From the IMG/VR virus record IMGVR_UViG_3300027749_000096, positions 8,006 to 72,005 of that record: a stretch of DNA of 64,000 bases, one strand, 5' to 3'. A program made the translations under genes and the position numbers. A model generated the notes under the pieces. The model made no database searches. It saw only the letters and a program-made list of their open reading frames with translations, and was not told where the DNA came from. This DNA is from a virus. This document shows positions 47,591 through 57,319 of the stretch, piece by piece. Each line of letters starts with the position of its first letter. Position 1 is the first letter of the stretch.

Positions 47591-48085
47591 TTATATATTT
47601 ACGTATTGAGTATTAGTTATAAAGTCTTTATTTTGATATTTAGCATATAGCTGTTTCCAAGACAGTCCAAATGTTTTCTCAAAATGTGGTGTGTCTATAA
47701 TAGTTTTCCAATCACCACCCCATGTATATCCAGCTTCTTTAAATATTTTTATCACTTTAAAGAAATTAGGACCTGTCTTCCATGATTTTGAGTCATCATA
47801 TTTATATGTTCCATCTGGTTGTTTAAATAACCAGCAGATGTCTATAGCCAGTCCATAATTGTGTAAAGAACTTCCTCCTTTAGCATTTGTTACAATGCTT
47901 CCTGGTTTAGTTCTTCCTTGAGCATACAAATCATTTTGTTCTTCTATGGTTCTTAATCCTTGTACCACTCTGATAGCTAAATTATCTTCTACAGCAGACT
48001 CAGCTTTATCAATAAGCTGTTTCACTTCTTCTCTGATTTTAGGGTGAAGATGTGATATTCTTTCTTCTGATATTTTATCTTTCAT
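47591..48085 (-). CDS. endolysin, M15 family L-Ala-D-Glu peptidase
   Basis: GLRTIEEQ..LYAQGR, SLHNYGLAID, WGGDW...DTPHFE. Confidence 0.9.
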   Translation of the reverse strand: MKDKISEERISHLHPKIREEVKQLIDKAESAVEDNLAIRVVQGLRTIEEQNDLYAQGRTKPGSIVTNAKGGSSLHNYGLAIDICWLFKQPDGTYKYDDSKSWKTGPNFFKVIKIFKEAGYTWGGDWKTIIDTPHFEKTFGLSWKQLYAKYQNKDFITNTQYVNI

Positions 48086-48088
48086 GTG

Positions 48089-48694
48089 TTACAGTTTTAT
48101 TTTCCAGAAAGTAGATACACCATAGTTAACTATTCCATTAGGAGAAATACCAGCCTGTACACCAAATATTTGTTCTTTCTTATTCTTTAATAGGAAAGAA
48201 GTTGTAAATTGGTTAAGCTGTTGTTTATTACCTTGTATTCCTATTCCCCAGAACACTTGTGTTTTAGGAGGAGGAATTATTGTAATAGTTTCTTTTATAA
48301 TTGGATATTTAAATTTATAATTAATCTGTCTAGCTCTAACTAAATTAGAACTAACAGTGTCAGTAATCTTTATATATCCTATAGAATCTATTCTAAGAGA
48401 ATCTTTTTGTATATTGGTTGCTAGAAACTTAGCCACTAATGCTTGATATTGTAACACTAGTTTATTATAATTAGTGTCAGCAATATACTCTTTAGTGTAA
48501 TGATCTACAGGAAAAGGTATAGACTCTACAATTTGTGGTTTAGATGTTGTAGTGGACTCTTTCTTAATCCATACAGTGTCTCTAACAGTTGTAATACTAG
48601 GAGCTATAGTGTTTTTTCCTCCACATTTTTGTAGAAAAAGAATAACTATTAATACAATTATAACTATGTCTGTAATTCTAAGCTGTTGTTTCAT
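48089..48694 (-). CDS. putative spanin-like envelope protein
   Basis: N-terminal hydrophobic anchor + Cys, coiled segment, C-terminal beta strands ending FWKIKL; in lysis cassette. Confidence 0.5.
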   Translation of the reverse strand: MKQQLRITDIVIIVLIVILFLQKCGGKNTIAPSITTVRDTVWIKKESTTTSKPQIVESIPFPVDHYTKEYIADTNYNKLVLQYQALVAKFLATNIQKDSLRIDSIGYIKITDTVSSNLVRARQINYKFKYPIIKETITIIPPPKTQVFWGIGIQGNKQQLNQFTTSFLLKNKKEQIFGVQAGISPNGIVNYGVSTFWKIKL

Positions 48695-48884
48695 TTGTAA
48701 AGAAGTTTGATGTAAATTTAGCTATTGCTGCAATTATCATTACACCTGTAGCTAGTTTAGTGTGTTCACTAAATGCTGCAAATGATGCTATTGTAACAGA
48801 AGCTGCTAAAATACTATCAGCTATTTTTCTAATAAATTTAGGAGTTGGAGCCCAATACGAGCTGGATGTAATATTAAATTTCAT
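48678..48884 (-). CDS. putative holin
   Basis: 68 aa, two TM segments, WAPTPKF..K. Confidence 0.6.
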   Translation of the reverse strand: MKFNITSSSYWAPTPKFIRKIADSILAASVTIASFAAFSEHTKLATGVMIIAAIAKFTSNFFTNETTA

Positions 48885-48897
48885 ATATTATTGATTT

Positions 48898-49281
48898 TTA
48901 AACTAATGTTACTGCTCTCCATACACCATTAATAGAAACAAGAATGATATAACTAGTAGCAGGTATGACAGTCAATGGATCAGTATTTCCATATTGTAAT
49001 GGTTGATTAATTTCACTAACAACTTGACTACTTACAGTATCTGTATTAATAACAGTTATTGTTTGTCCATTGCAAAGAGCTGGATCAGGAAAAATAATAG
49101 GAAAAGCTATACTATTAGCTGCAATAATTTCATAAATACCTCTACCAGGCATAGTATATGAAGTAACAGAACTATTTAATGAAATATTTGAATAAGTGGG
49201 TTGTTTCTGAAGAGCAAGTATTTTAACTTTCTTTAGAAGATATTGCAAACTTTGAAATATTCCTTGAGGATATTGTGCCAT
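48898..49281 (-). CDS. beta-rich, possibly virion-associated protein
   Basis: FP...GQTITVIN...NGVW. Confidence 0.4.
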   Translation of the reverse strand: MAQYPQGIFQSLQYLLKKVKILALQKQPTYSNISLNSSVTSYTMPGRGIYEIIAANSIAFPIIFPDPALCNGQTITVINTDTVSSQVVSEINQPLQYGNTDPLTVIPATSYIILVSINGVWRAVTLV

Positions 49282-49291
49282 TATATTAAGT

Positions 49292-49633
49292 TTATAAGGT
49301 TGTGTTATTAATTGTTTTAGTTATTAGTAATGATTGTTCATCAGGTTTAACAGCTACTATTTTAGTAAACAATGGACTGTTATCTTTAACAGGCTCTTCT
49401 GGAATGTTATTAGTATTTTTAACAATTACAGGTTGTTTATATATAACAGTTTCAAGTCTGTCCACTCTCCTTTGTAAATTTTCAACATTAGTTTTATTTA
49501 CAATGCTAGTTGAAGTATTGAGAGCAACACTTGTCTTAATTGTTTGAAGATCAGTCCATATCATTAGCCCTAGTATACTAACCAATGATGGAAATAACCA
49601 AATTTTAACTTTGTCAGCTGAGGGTAGAGCCAT
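49292..49633 (-). CDS. single-TM coiled-coil protein (holin/antiholin-like)
   Basis: ATG 49633 more likely than 49690; TM followed by coiled coil. Confidence 0.45.
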   Translation of the reverse strand: MALPSADKVKIWLFPSLVSILGLMIWTDLQTIKTSVALNTSTSIVNKTNVENLQRRVDRLETVIYKQPVIVKNTNNIPEEPVKDNSPLFTKIVAVKPDEQSLLITKTINNTTL

Positions 49634-49712
49634 TATTAAATAGATTAAAAAATTTTTACAAAATATATATAGTATATAACAAAAGAACATAAATTTGCTG
49701 CCCTTTTATATA

Positions 49713-49726
49713 TAATATAATATACG
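49713..49726 (-). promoter_or_regulatory. candidate late promoter motif for lysis cassette
   Basis: CGTATATTATATTA. Confidence 0.5.
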
Positions 49727-49760
49727 AATATTACATGACTTTTTAAAAAATAATAAATTA

Positions 49761-50258
49761 ATGAATACAAAGAAATATGCCATCTCATTAGAAGGTAAGC
49801 TTATAGAAGAATTTAAAAGAAAATTCTTTGATAAATTAGGGTATGAACCTGTTGTCCATGCTGGTTCTAGATTGAAGACAGAAGATGGTAAAGATGTAGC
49901 AACAATATCATTAGGTGAACTAAAAGATTGTTTTACTCCATTTCTACCTCTTCTTAGGGGAGTACCTGCAGAACTTGATAATAGATCAAGAAAGAAAGAC
50001 TTAGTAGAACTAAGGGTGATATTTTCATTTATTGCTAGAAGTATGGGATATACTTTAGAAGATATTGGAGATGTGTTAGGTAAAAAAGATCACACCACTG
50101 TTATACATTCTATAACATGTTTTAAAAACTGGGTAGCTGTTGATCCTATTTTTAGAGATAAATTTAATATAATCCTTAATTACATAGTAGTTATACAAAA
50201 CAAACAAAATGAGTCATCAACATTGGAACACACTGATCAAATGGAACATCAGTCCTAA
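49761..50258 (+). CDS. DnaA C-terminal (domain IV)-like DNA-binding protein
   Basis: SRKKDLVELR...TLEDIGDVLGKKDHTTVIHSI. Confidence 0.8.
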   Translation: MNTKKYAISLEGKLIEEFKRKFFDKLGYEPVVHAGSRLKTEDGKDVATISLGELKDCFTPFLPLLRGVPAELDNRSRKKDLVELRVIFSFIARSMGYTLEDIGDVLGKKDHTTVIHSITCFKNWVAVDPIFRDKFNIILNYIVVIQNKQNESSTLEHTDQMEHQS

Positions 50259-50781
50259 TCAAATCTATTTATTAGATTGTTACCGTAGTAAGATTAAACC
50301 TTCTAAAATAATTAATGAAGAAGGTGAACGTTTAGTATGTCAAGCAAAAGATTTATTGGATGGAAATAATAATCTAACTAATAAAGCAAGTATAATATTA
50401 GATGAGTATGAAACTTTTCTTGTAAAAGCTAAGAAAGTGGTGGCTAGTCAAGTACTAGGGGAAGATATGAATGAACGTATTAAAGAATACAGAGAAATAT
50501 TTCCTCCTAAAAGACTTCCATCTGGACAATTAGCTAGACAAAGTGTTCAAGAATTGAAAGACAAGTTTGTATGGTTCTTTAAAACATACCCAGAATATGA
50601 CTGGGATTTAGTATTAGATGCTACAGACTATTATAATGAAATCTTTAGTAAAAAAGATTATGCATATATGGCTACCAGTAGTAATTTTATTAAAAAAACA
50701 GAAATAACTAAAGAGGTGTCTTCAAAACTTGCTGATTATTGTCAGCAAATAATAGATGACCCTAAAATTTTAAATCAATAA
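50209..50781 (+). CDS. putative replication initiator/helicase-loader-like protein
   Basis: Position before DnaB; E-Y-R-E-I-F-P...Y-M...F-I pattern. Confidence 0.35.
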   Translation: MSHQHWNTLIKWNISPNQIYLLDCYRSKIKPSKIINEEGERLVCQAKDLLDGNNNLTNKASIILDEYETFLVKAKKVVASQVLGEDMNERIKEYREIFPPKRLPSGQLARQSVQELKDKFVWFFKTYPEYDWDLVLDATDYYNEIFSKKDYAYMATSSNFIKKTEITKEVSSKLADYCQQIIDDPKILNQ

Positions 50782-50785
50782 ACAC

Positions 50786-50974
50786 ATGACTAGAAAAGAA
50801 AAGATGATTCACAGTTTAATAATATCATGTTTGTTTAGTTTATTAAGTTGGTTTACAATAGATAGATTTATAATAAAAGTATCATTTTGGCAATACTTTT
50901 TTATTGAATTTATTTTGATTTTATCACTTAAATTATTTAACTTTACAAAGCAAAGATTAAACCTAAATTTATAA
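50786..50974 (+). CDS. small membrane protein
   Basis: Two hydrophobic segments. Confidence 0.5.
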   Translation: MTRKEKMIHSLIISCLFSLLSWFTIDRFIIKVSFWQYFFIEFILILSLKLFNFTKQRLNLNL

Positions 50975-52902
50975 TGAATTTACTAAATACACCTATTAAA
51001 GATAGACCTTTTGGTATAAGGAGTTATGTAGAAATTCTTGAAGAAGGTTTAAATTACATTGAGGATAGAAGACTAGGTAAGATTAAATCTTTAACATTAC
51101 CGTGGGATGGATTAAATAATGCAGGTGTAGCTGGTTTAGAATGGGGATCAATGATAACTATAGGTGCTAGACCTGGTTGTTTATCTGGAGATACTGTTCT
51201 TGATATTTATAGACACTACAATAAAAAAAATCATAGAAATGGATCTAGAAAATACACATTAAAAGAATTATACTATAAATTTAACGGCTTACTTGTACCA
51301 AGAAATTCCAAAAATGATAAAAGAAATGGTAATTATTGGGATTTAACAGTGCCTTCAAAACTTTATAGTTATAATAAGAATGAACAGTATTTAGATTTAA
51401 ATAATATTGTTAATGTTATAGAATCAGGTATAAAAGAAACTTTTACTGTTATAACAGAATCAGGAAAACAATTAAGAGCAACAAAAGATCATAGATTTTT
51501 AATATCTGAAAATGATGAATATCTTGAATTAGAAAATTTAAACATTGGGGATTATGTATATTGTAGAACTGACAAACATATAAATAAAGGAAGAAAACCA
51601 AGACCTTATAGATTTGAATATACTACAAAAATGCCATATTATCCATCAGCTAAAGAAAAAAAAGTTAAATGTAATAATATTGAATATACACATCATAGAA
51701 TTAAAAAGACTAGAGCTGTTTATGATGCTGCTTTAAACAATGTTACATTAGATGTATTTTTAGAAAATGTAAAAACTAATCCTAATCATAATTATAAGTT
51801 TTCAGATCTTAATATGGACATTCATCATATAGATGAAAACCATCAAAATGATGTTCCTGAAAACTTAATTTTGCTTAGTAAAGAAGAACATGCTAGATTA
51901 CATTCATCGGTTACTTATATAGATAGAATTAACAGAAAGAAAATTGTTAAAGAAAAAATCATATCAATTGTAAGTTTTGGAAAAGAAATGACTTATGATA
52001 TAGAAATGACCAGTCCTTATAATAATTTTGTTGCTAATGAATTTGTTGTTCATAATTCAGGTAAGACAATGTTTGTATCTCAAATACTAAGAGAATCTAA
52101 AATGCTTAATCCAACACAAAATTTTAATATTTTAGAATTTCAATTTGAGATGGGAGCTAGACAAACTGCAGCTAGAGATTTTGCTTCCCAGGTTAGTTTA
52201 GATTATAATCAAGTACTTAGTACTCATAAACAATTAGATGAGTTTTCTGTAAAACTTATGAGACAATATATTGCAGACACTAAAGTGTTTCAAGGTTTTG
52301 GTAACTATAGAGTTCAGATTAATGACCCTCTTACAGTTACTAATATGGAACAAGCCATATATAAAACTTATGAAGGACTTGGTGGTAAGCCTCTTATTGT
52401 ATCTATAGATCATAGCTTCTTAGTAAAAAAAGATAGAGATGAGAAAGAAAAACTTAACACTTTATATAACACTGTAGAAATGTTAATGAAGGTGAAGAAT
52501 AAACTACCAATAGTGGTATTTATGATTTCACAATTAAACAGAAGTATTGATGACCCATTAAGAAAAATGCCTGGTACAGTGGGTAACTACCCTACTAGTG
52601 CAGATATATTTGGTGGTGATGCTTTACAACAGGGTTCTGATATGGTGTTAGTTCTTACAAGACCTTTTAAAGCTGATATAGAAATATATGGTAGAAAAGA
52701 GTATGTTTGCAAAACTGATGATATTTTTGGTCACATTCTTAAAGCTAGAAATAGTGCTGATGATACTAACTTATTGTTTCTTAAAGCAGAGTTTTCTAAA
52801 CAAAGAATGATAGAAATTCCTGAACCTGTTTCTAATAACCCAACAGGAGCTCCACCAAAAAGAAGAACAGCTCAAAAATATAATAATTCACAAACCCCAT
52901 AA
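50974..52902 (+). CDS. dnaB: DnaB-like replicative helicase containing an intein
   Basis: Walker A GARPG|SGKT split by intein; FQFEM, SIDH, SQLNR, ILKAR. Confidence 0.9.
   Translation: MNLLNTPIKDRPFGIRSYVEILEEGLNYIEDRRLGKIKSLTLPWDGLNNAGVAGLEWGSMITIGARPGCLSGDTVLDIYRHYNKKNHRNGSRKYTLKELYYKFNGLLVPRNSKNDKRNGNYWDLTVPSKLYSYNKNEQYLDLNNIVNVIESGIKETFTVITESGKQLRATKDHRFLISENDEYLELENLNIGDYVYCRTDKHINKGRKPRPYRFEYTTKMPYYPSAKEKKVKCNNIEYTHHRIKKTRAVYDAALNNVTLDVFLENVKTNPNHNYKFSDLNMDIHHIDENHQNDVPENLILLSKEEHARLHSSVTYIDRINRKKIVKEKIISIVSFGKEMTYDIEMTSPYNNFVANEFVVHNSGKTMFVSQILRESKMLNPTQNFNILEFQFEMGARQTAARDFASQVSLDYNQVLSTHKQLDEFSVKLMRQYIADTKVFQGFGNYRVQINDPLTVTNMEQAIYKTYEGLGGKPLIVSIDHSFLVKKDRDEKEKLNTLYNTVEMLMKVKNKLPIVVFMISQLNRSIDDPLRKMPGTVGNYPTSADIFGGDALQQGSDMVLVLTRPFKADIEIYGRKEYVCKTDDIFGHILKARNSADDTNLLFLKAEFSKQRMIEIPEPVSNNPTGAPPKRRTAQKYNNSQTP
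51178..52056 (+). mobile_element. intein (293 aa) with HNH endonuclease domain
   Basis: CLSGDT start, TxDHRF block B, TYDIE...NNFVANEFVVHN|S end; DIHHIDENHQND..ENL...EHARLH. Confidence 0.92.
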
Positions 52903-52926
52903 TTCACAATTTAAAAAACACAGAGT

Positions 52927-53514
52927 ATGTCAATCATGCACAGTATGTCTGAAGAAGACAAAACAAAGTACAAGTTCCAAAAGACAAAAGAAATGAGAGA
53001 TTTTAACAAAGATCTCATTAATGATTTAGGAATTTCAATTTATGAGTTCAACATGAAAACACAGTTTTATGATGAACAAGGTAGACTGGTGGTAGGAATC
53101 TTTCCATCAGAGTTTAAAAAACCAAAAGGATTTTTCTTTGAGCTTATAGACTCAAACTTAAATCCAATAGATTCAGAAAGAAAAGTTTATAGAATTCCTC
53201 CTACAGAAGGATTTGAGGATGAATATGAACTTACAGCCAAAGGTTCTTTTTTAGTTCCTATTGAAGAATTGAAGACAGTACACAGAAGTTCTGTTGCAAT
53301 TAGTAAGTTGTCTGCTTTTACAGGTACAGAGAAGCCTGTATTTAAAGTGACAGAGAAAGCTCAAGAAATTCAAAAGTCAATTCCTAAAGCTCCTGCTCTT
53401 ATGGAGGATGCTTTATATAGTGAAATGACTATTAGAGATTTTTATGCTATCAAAACAGGTAAACCAGTTAGTACAAGACAATGGTTGAATGAATTAGTAA
53501 GAAACACAAAATAA
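52927..53514 (+). CDS. hypothetical protein
   Basis: ORF; C-terminal MTIRDFYAI. Confidence 0.6.
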   Translation: MSIMHSMSEEDKTKYKFQKTKEMRDFNKDLINDLGISIYEFNMKTQFYDEQGRLVVGIFPSEFKKPKGFFFELIDSNLNPIDSERKVYRIPPTEGFEDEYELTAKGSFLVPIEELKTVHRSSVAISKLSAFTGTEKPVFKVTEKAQEIQKSIPKAPALMEDALYSEMTIRDFYAIKTGKPVSTRQWLNELVRNTK

Positions 53515-53525
53515 ACAAAACACAT

Positions 53526-54215
53526 ATGGCTGCAACAAGAGTGCTGATTCTAGCTGAATCAGGTGGTGGTAAATCCACTAGTATAGAAACTTTAGACCCT
53601 AAAGAAACATTTATTATAAATGTAGCAAGTAAAGGATTACCATTTGCTAAATGGAAGTCAAAGTATAAAGAATGGAGTAAAGAAAACCCTACAGGTAATC
53701 TTTATCAAAATTCTAGTGCTCCTTCTATTATAGCTTGTATGGAGTATGTTAATTCAAAAAGACCAGAAATAAAAACTCTCATTATAGATGATTTATTTTA
53801 TATGTCAGCTTTTGAATTATTTGACAAAGCAAATGAAACAGGGTATGCTAAGTTTACTAGTATTGCAATTTCTTTAAAGAAGGTGGCAACACTTCCTCAA
53901 ACATTTAGAGAGGATCTATCTGTATTTTATCTAACTCATCCAGAAGAGTCTACAGACATTGAAGGACGTAGAATCATTAAAACAAAAATGACAGGTAAAA
54001 TGGTGGAGCAACAATTAAATTTTGAAGGACTTTTTGAAACTGTTCTTTATGCAAGACCTAGAAAGAGTAAGGAAACTAAAGAAATGGAATATGGTTTTGA
54101 AACAAAAACAGATGGTACAACTCCTACTAAAACTCCAAAAGGAATGTTTACAGAGAGCTTTATACCAAATGATTTATTGTATGTAAAATCTGCAATCCAT
54201 AAGTATGAAAATTAA
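53526..54215 (+). CDS. AAA_24/Sak4-like ATPase (ssDNA annealing)
   Basis: AESGGGKSTS, IIDD, LTH, GKMV, KTPKGMF, IPND. Confidence 0.8.
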   Translation: MAATRVLILAESGGGKSTSIETLDPKETFIINVASKGLPFAKWKSKYKEWSKENPTGNLYQNSSAPSIIACMEYVNSKRPEIKTLIIDDLFYMSAFELFDKANETGYAKFTSIAISLKKVATLPQTFREDLSVFYLTHPEESTDIEGRRIIKTKMTGKMVEQQLNFEGLFETVLYARPRKSKETKEMEYGFETKTDGTTPTKTPKGMFTESFIPNDLLYVKSAIHKYEN

Positions 54216-54249
54216 TAATTTATTTTAAACAAAACAAAAACAAAACAAC

Positions 54250-54861
54250 ATGTTTAGTACAGCAGGACAAGAAGTAAAAGGTGGAGGATTAGGAAAATCT
54301 TTTAACCCAGGAGTAGTTTATGCACACATCTATAGTGCAACAGTTAGAACATCTCAGTCAGGTAAGAAGTCTTTAGAGATAACTCTTGAGGGACCATCTA
54401 TTCCTAACTTTGAAGGATGGGCTATTGATAAAGAAAATCCAGAAGGAGCTAAGTTTGCAGGACAAACAGCAAGAGTTAGTGCAACAGTTTATACCACTGA
54501 ATTTAATAGTGATGATATTAATAAGAATGATATTCTTAATAAAATCATTATTATTTCTAATGAGTTAGGATTTAGAAAAGAAATTGATGCTTTATCTGAT
54601 GATGGTTCAATTACATCAATTGAACAATGGGTAGAAGCAGCTGTTGAAGTTCTTAAAGGACAAGATGCTTATTGGTTCTTAGCAGGTAAAGAAGATGAGT
54701 ATAATGGAAAGGTGATTACTAAATTATCTCTTCCTAAATACAAGTTTTGTTCTACTGATGAATCAAAAGTTCCTAAGTTTGATAAAACAAACAAATATCA
54801 TTTTACTGCACTAGCTAGTAAAGCAGTTACTAGTTTTGAAGCAAATGATTTTGAAATGTAA
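54250..54861 (+). CDS. putative single-stranded DNA-binding protein
   Basis: Position between Sak4-like ATPase and primase; PGV start; acidic-aromatic tail DFEM. Confidence 0.5.
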   Translation: MFSTAGQEVKGGGLGKSFNPGVVYAHIYSATVRTSQSGKKSLEITLEGPSIPNFEGWAIDKENPEGAKFAGQTARVSATVYTTEFNSDDINKNDILNKIIIISNELGFRKEIDALSDDGSITSIEQWVEAAVEVLKGQDAYWFLAGKEDEYNGKVITKLSLPKYKFCSTDESKVPKFDKTNKYHFTALASKAVTSFEANDFEM

Positions 54862-54890
54862 AATTTAAAATTTAAAATTTTATTTATAAG

Positions 54891-54920
54891 AAGGAGTGTA
54901 TATTTTTACACTCCTTTTTT
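54891..54920 (+). terminator. intrinsic terminator
   Basis: AAGGAGTGTA/TACACTCCTT + T tract. Confidence 0.75.
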
Positions 54921-54932
54921 ATTTATTAGAAT

Positions 54933-55898
54933 ATGTTTAACACCAAGAATTTAGTACATGATGTAAAGAATGTTCCTGTCCCTTGGATATTTGAACACTT
55001 TGCATCCCTTAAAGAAAAATTAGTTGGGCAGGATGTAAAGATTAAAAGTGTTTTTAATAAAGCTGATAAAGTTCCTAGTATGTGTATATACACGGATAGA
55101 GCTAACAGCTATAGATATAAAGATTTTTCATCTGGTAAAAGTGGTAGTGCAATAGATTTTGTAAAAGAACTAAAGCATCTATCTTTTTATGAAGCTGCTC
55201 AGTTAATAGTACAAGTATATAATGATTATGTTCTACATAATAATGGAGGATATGATTTAAAGGAATTTCAAAAGGCTTCTAGATATAAAGTGACTAGTTA
55301 TGCTTTTAGAACATGGACTACACAGGATCAATATTTCTGGACTCAGTTTAATATTGGATCTAAACTACTAGAAGAATATTGTGTAAGACCTTTAGATTAT
55401 TATTGTATGACTAAAGATGATAAAAATCTTTGTATAACAGGACTTTATCTCTATGGTTATTTTAAGAAAGACGGCACACTATATAAAATATATCAGCCTA
55501 AAACTTTAGATAAGAAATTTATTAAAGTGACAGACTATATTCAAGGATTTGAACAGATACATCATCATAAAAATTTACTTATTACATCCAGTCTTAAAGA
55601 TGTAATGTCTATAAAGTCTCTCAAACTTAAAATAGATGTTATAGCTCCAGACAGTGAGAACACTATGATTAAAGATGACATCATGGATGACTTTATTGAA
55701 AGCTATGATAAAATAATTATTATGTTTGACAATGATGAACCAGGTATAAAAGCTATGAAAACTTATAAGGAAAAGCATCCTTTTGTAGAAATAGCTCTTC
55801 TTCCTATGAGTAAAGATGTATCAGATAGTATTAAAGATTTTGGAGCTAAAGAAGTTAGAAACAGAATAGTTCCTATATTAGACAAAAAAATAAACTAA
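54933..55898 (+). CDS. DNA primase (Toprim)
   Basis: ITSSLKDVM, PDSE, FDNDEPG, KDVSD. Confidence 0.8.
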   Translation: MFNTKNLVHDVKNVPVPWIFEHFASLKEKLVGQDVKIKSVFNKADKVPSMCIYTDRANSYRYKDFSSGKSGSAIDFVKELKHLSFYEAAQLIVQVYNDYVLHNNGGYDLKEFQKASRYKVTSYAFRTWTTQDQYFWTQFNIGSKLLEEYCVRPLDYYCMTKDDKNLCITGLYLYGYFKKDGTLYKIYQPKTLDKKFIKVTDYIQGFEQIHHHKNLLITSSLKDVMSIKSLKLKIDVIAPDSENTMIKDDIMDDFIESYDKIIIMFDNDEPGIKAMKTYKEKHPFVEIALLPMSKDVSDSIKDFGAKEVRNRIVPILDKKIN

Positions 55899-56305
55899 TG
55901 GCTAAAATAAAATCAGTTAGGAAAAACACTTCTCCTAAGAAACCCAAAAAAGTAATTAATAAACCTTTTGCTGATGGTACAATGAGCAGTAGTCAATTCT
56001 TTGGTATGATAAGAAGTTGTTTAAGACAGAAATCTAGATGGTGGCATAGTATAAAAGTATGTAAAGAAAGAGCAAAGATTCCTTATAAAGGTCCAAATAA
56101 AAGAAGAAAGTTTTCTTATATATGTGAACTATGTAAAGGAGAATTTGATGCTAAAAATATTAATATACATCATTTGGATGAATGTGGGGCTTTAAATTCT
56201 TTTGAGGATATTTCTGGTTTTGTTAAAAGATTATTTTGTGACAGTGATAAATTAGTTTGTATTTGTACTACATGTCATGATGGTATTCACAATAAAAATA
56301 ACTAA
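55898..56305 (+). CDS. HNH-type Zn-binding nuclease-like protein
   Basis: CELC...NIHH...L..ICTTCHD. Confidence 0.6.
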   Translation: MAKIKSVRKNTSPKKPKKVINKPFADGTMSSSQFFGMIRSCLRQKSRWWHSIKVCKERAKIPYKGPNKRRKFSYICELCKGEFDAKNINIHHLDECGALNSFEDISGFVKRLFCDSDKLVCICTTCHDGIHNKNN

Positions 56306-56308
56306 ATT

Positions 56309-56497
56309 ATGAAAAAAGATAAACAATATTACATAGACAGAGCTAAAAAAGGTAAAGAAAATCAAAAACAAATGGTAGAAAAAGTGGTGGAAATGATTAT
56401 GGATGAAACATATAATTATAAAGATGTTATTAGAGATTGCTTATATGAAAGTTTCTCTAAATGTCCTCAACACGAATTAAAAACTTGGTTAAATTAA
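56309..56497 (+). CDS. hypothetical protein
   Basis: ORF. Confidence 0.5.
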   Translation: MKKDKQYYIDRAKKGKENQKQMVEKVVEMIMDETYNYKDVIRDCLYESFSKCPQHELKTWLN

Positions 56498-56511
56498 AAA
56501 AAATAAAAACT

Positions 56512-56871
56512 ATGGGAAGATATTATTCAGGAAGTATAGAAGGTAAATTTTGGTTTGCTGTACAATCAAGTGATGCAGCAGATAGATTTGGTGTAACTGG
56601 TCAACAACCATCAACACTCAATTATTATTTTGAAGAAGGTAATTTACAGGATGTTGAAGATGAAATTAAAGTTATAGAAGAGTTATTAGGAGATAAAAAA
56701 AGAATATTAGATGAATTTTTTAATACTAATAATGGATACACTGATGAAATGATTGAAGGTTTAGGGATCACTCCACAAGAATTAAAAGAGTATGCTGATC
56801 TAGGTTTAGGAATTAAAATTAGAGATTGTATTAAAGAAGAAGGTTCTTGTTCATTTGAAGCAGAATATTAA
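56512..56871 (+). CDS. hypothetical protein (MGRYYSG.IEGKFWFAVQSS type)
   Basis: ATG 56512 has A-rich leader. Confidence 0.6.
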   Translation: MGRYYSGSIEGKFWFAVQSSDAADRFGVTGQQPSTLNYYFEEGNLQDVEDEIKVIEELLGDKKRILDEFFNTNNGYTDEMIEGLGITPQELKEYADLGLGIKIRDCIKEEGSCSFEAEY

Positions 56872-56911
56872 AAAATGCTGTTAATAACCAACAAATATTA
56901 AATATATACTA

Positions 56912-57190
56912 ATGAGATTAATTAAATGGAAATATAAACCAAATGGCTGGTGTCCTGTACAAGCAGAAGGATGGTTTTTAGGAACTTATTTTTATTTTAG
57001 ATCTAGATGGGATCAAGCAACAATAGAATTCTGTTCTACAGAAGAAGATTGGGATAAAAATAATATTGATTCTTTCTATGTCTTATATAAAACAGCTCCT
57101 TATAAAGCAGGTTGGTTAAGTAAATGGCTTTGTAGATTATTAATTTACAAAGGATGCTTTATGTATTATTTTAAAATTAAACAAAAATGA
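56912..57190 (+). CDS. hypothetical protein
   Basis: CPVQAEG...FYFRSR. Confidence 0.55.
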   Translation: MRLIKWKYKPNGWCPVQAEGWFLGTYFYFRSRWDQATIEFCSTEEDWDKNNIDSFYVLYKTAPYKAGWLSKWLCRLLIYKGCFMYYFKIKQK

Positions 57191-57319
57191 AAAAATTCAC
57201 AGTGTGGGTGGGAGGTGTAGAAGTAACTGATTACCTCCTTACAAAACAAGAAGCTAAACAAATAGCTTTAGAGTATATAATTCAAGGATACACAGATGTA
57301 AAAATAAAAACTTATTAAT

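Noticed and set aside
39259-54920. Two terminators sharing the GGAGTGTA/TACACTCC stem
   Set aside because: Only 8-bp arms; adequately explained as ordinary related terminators
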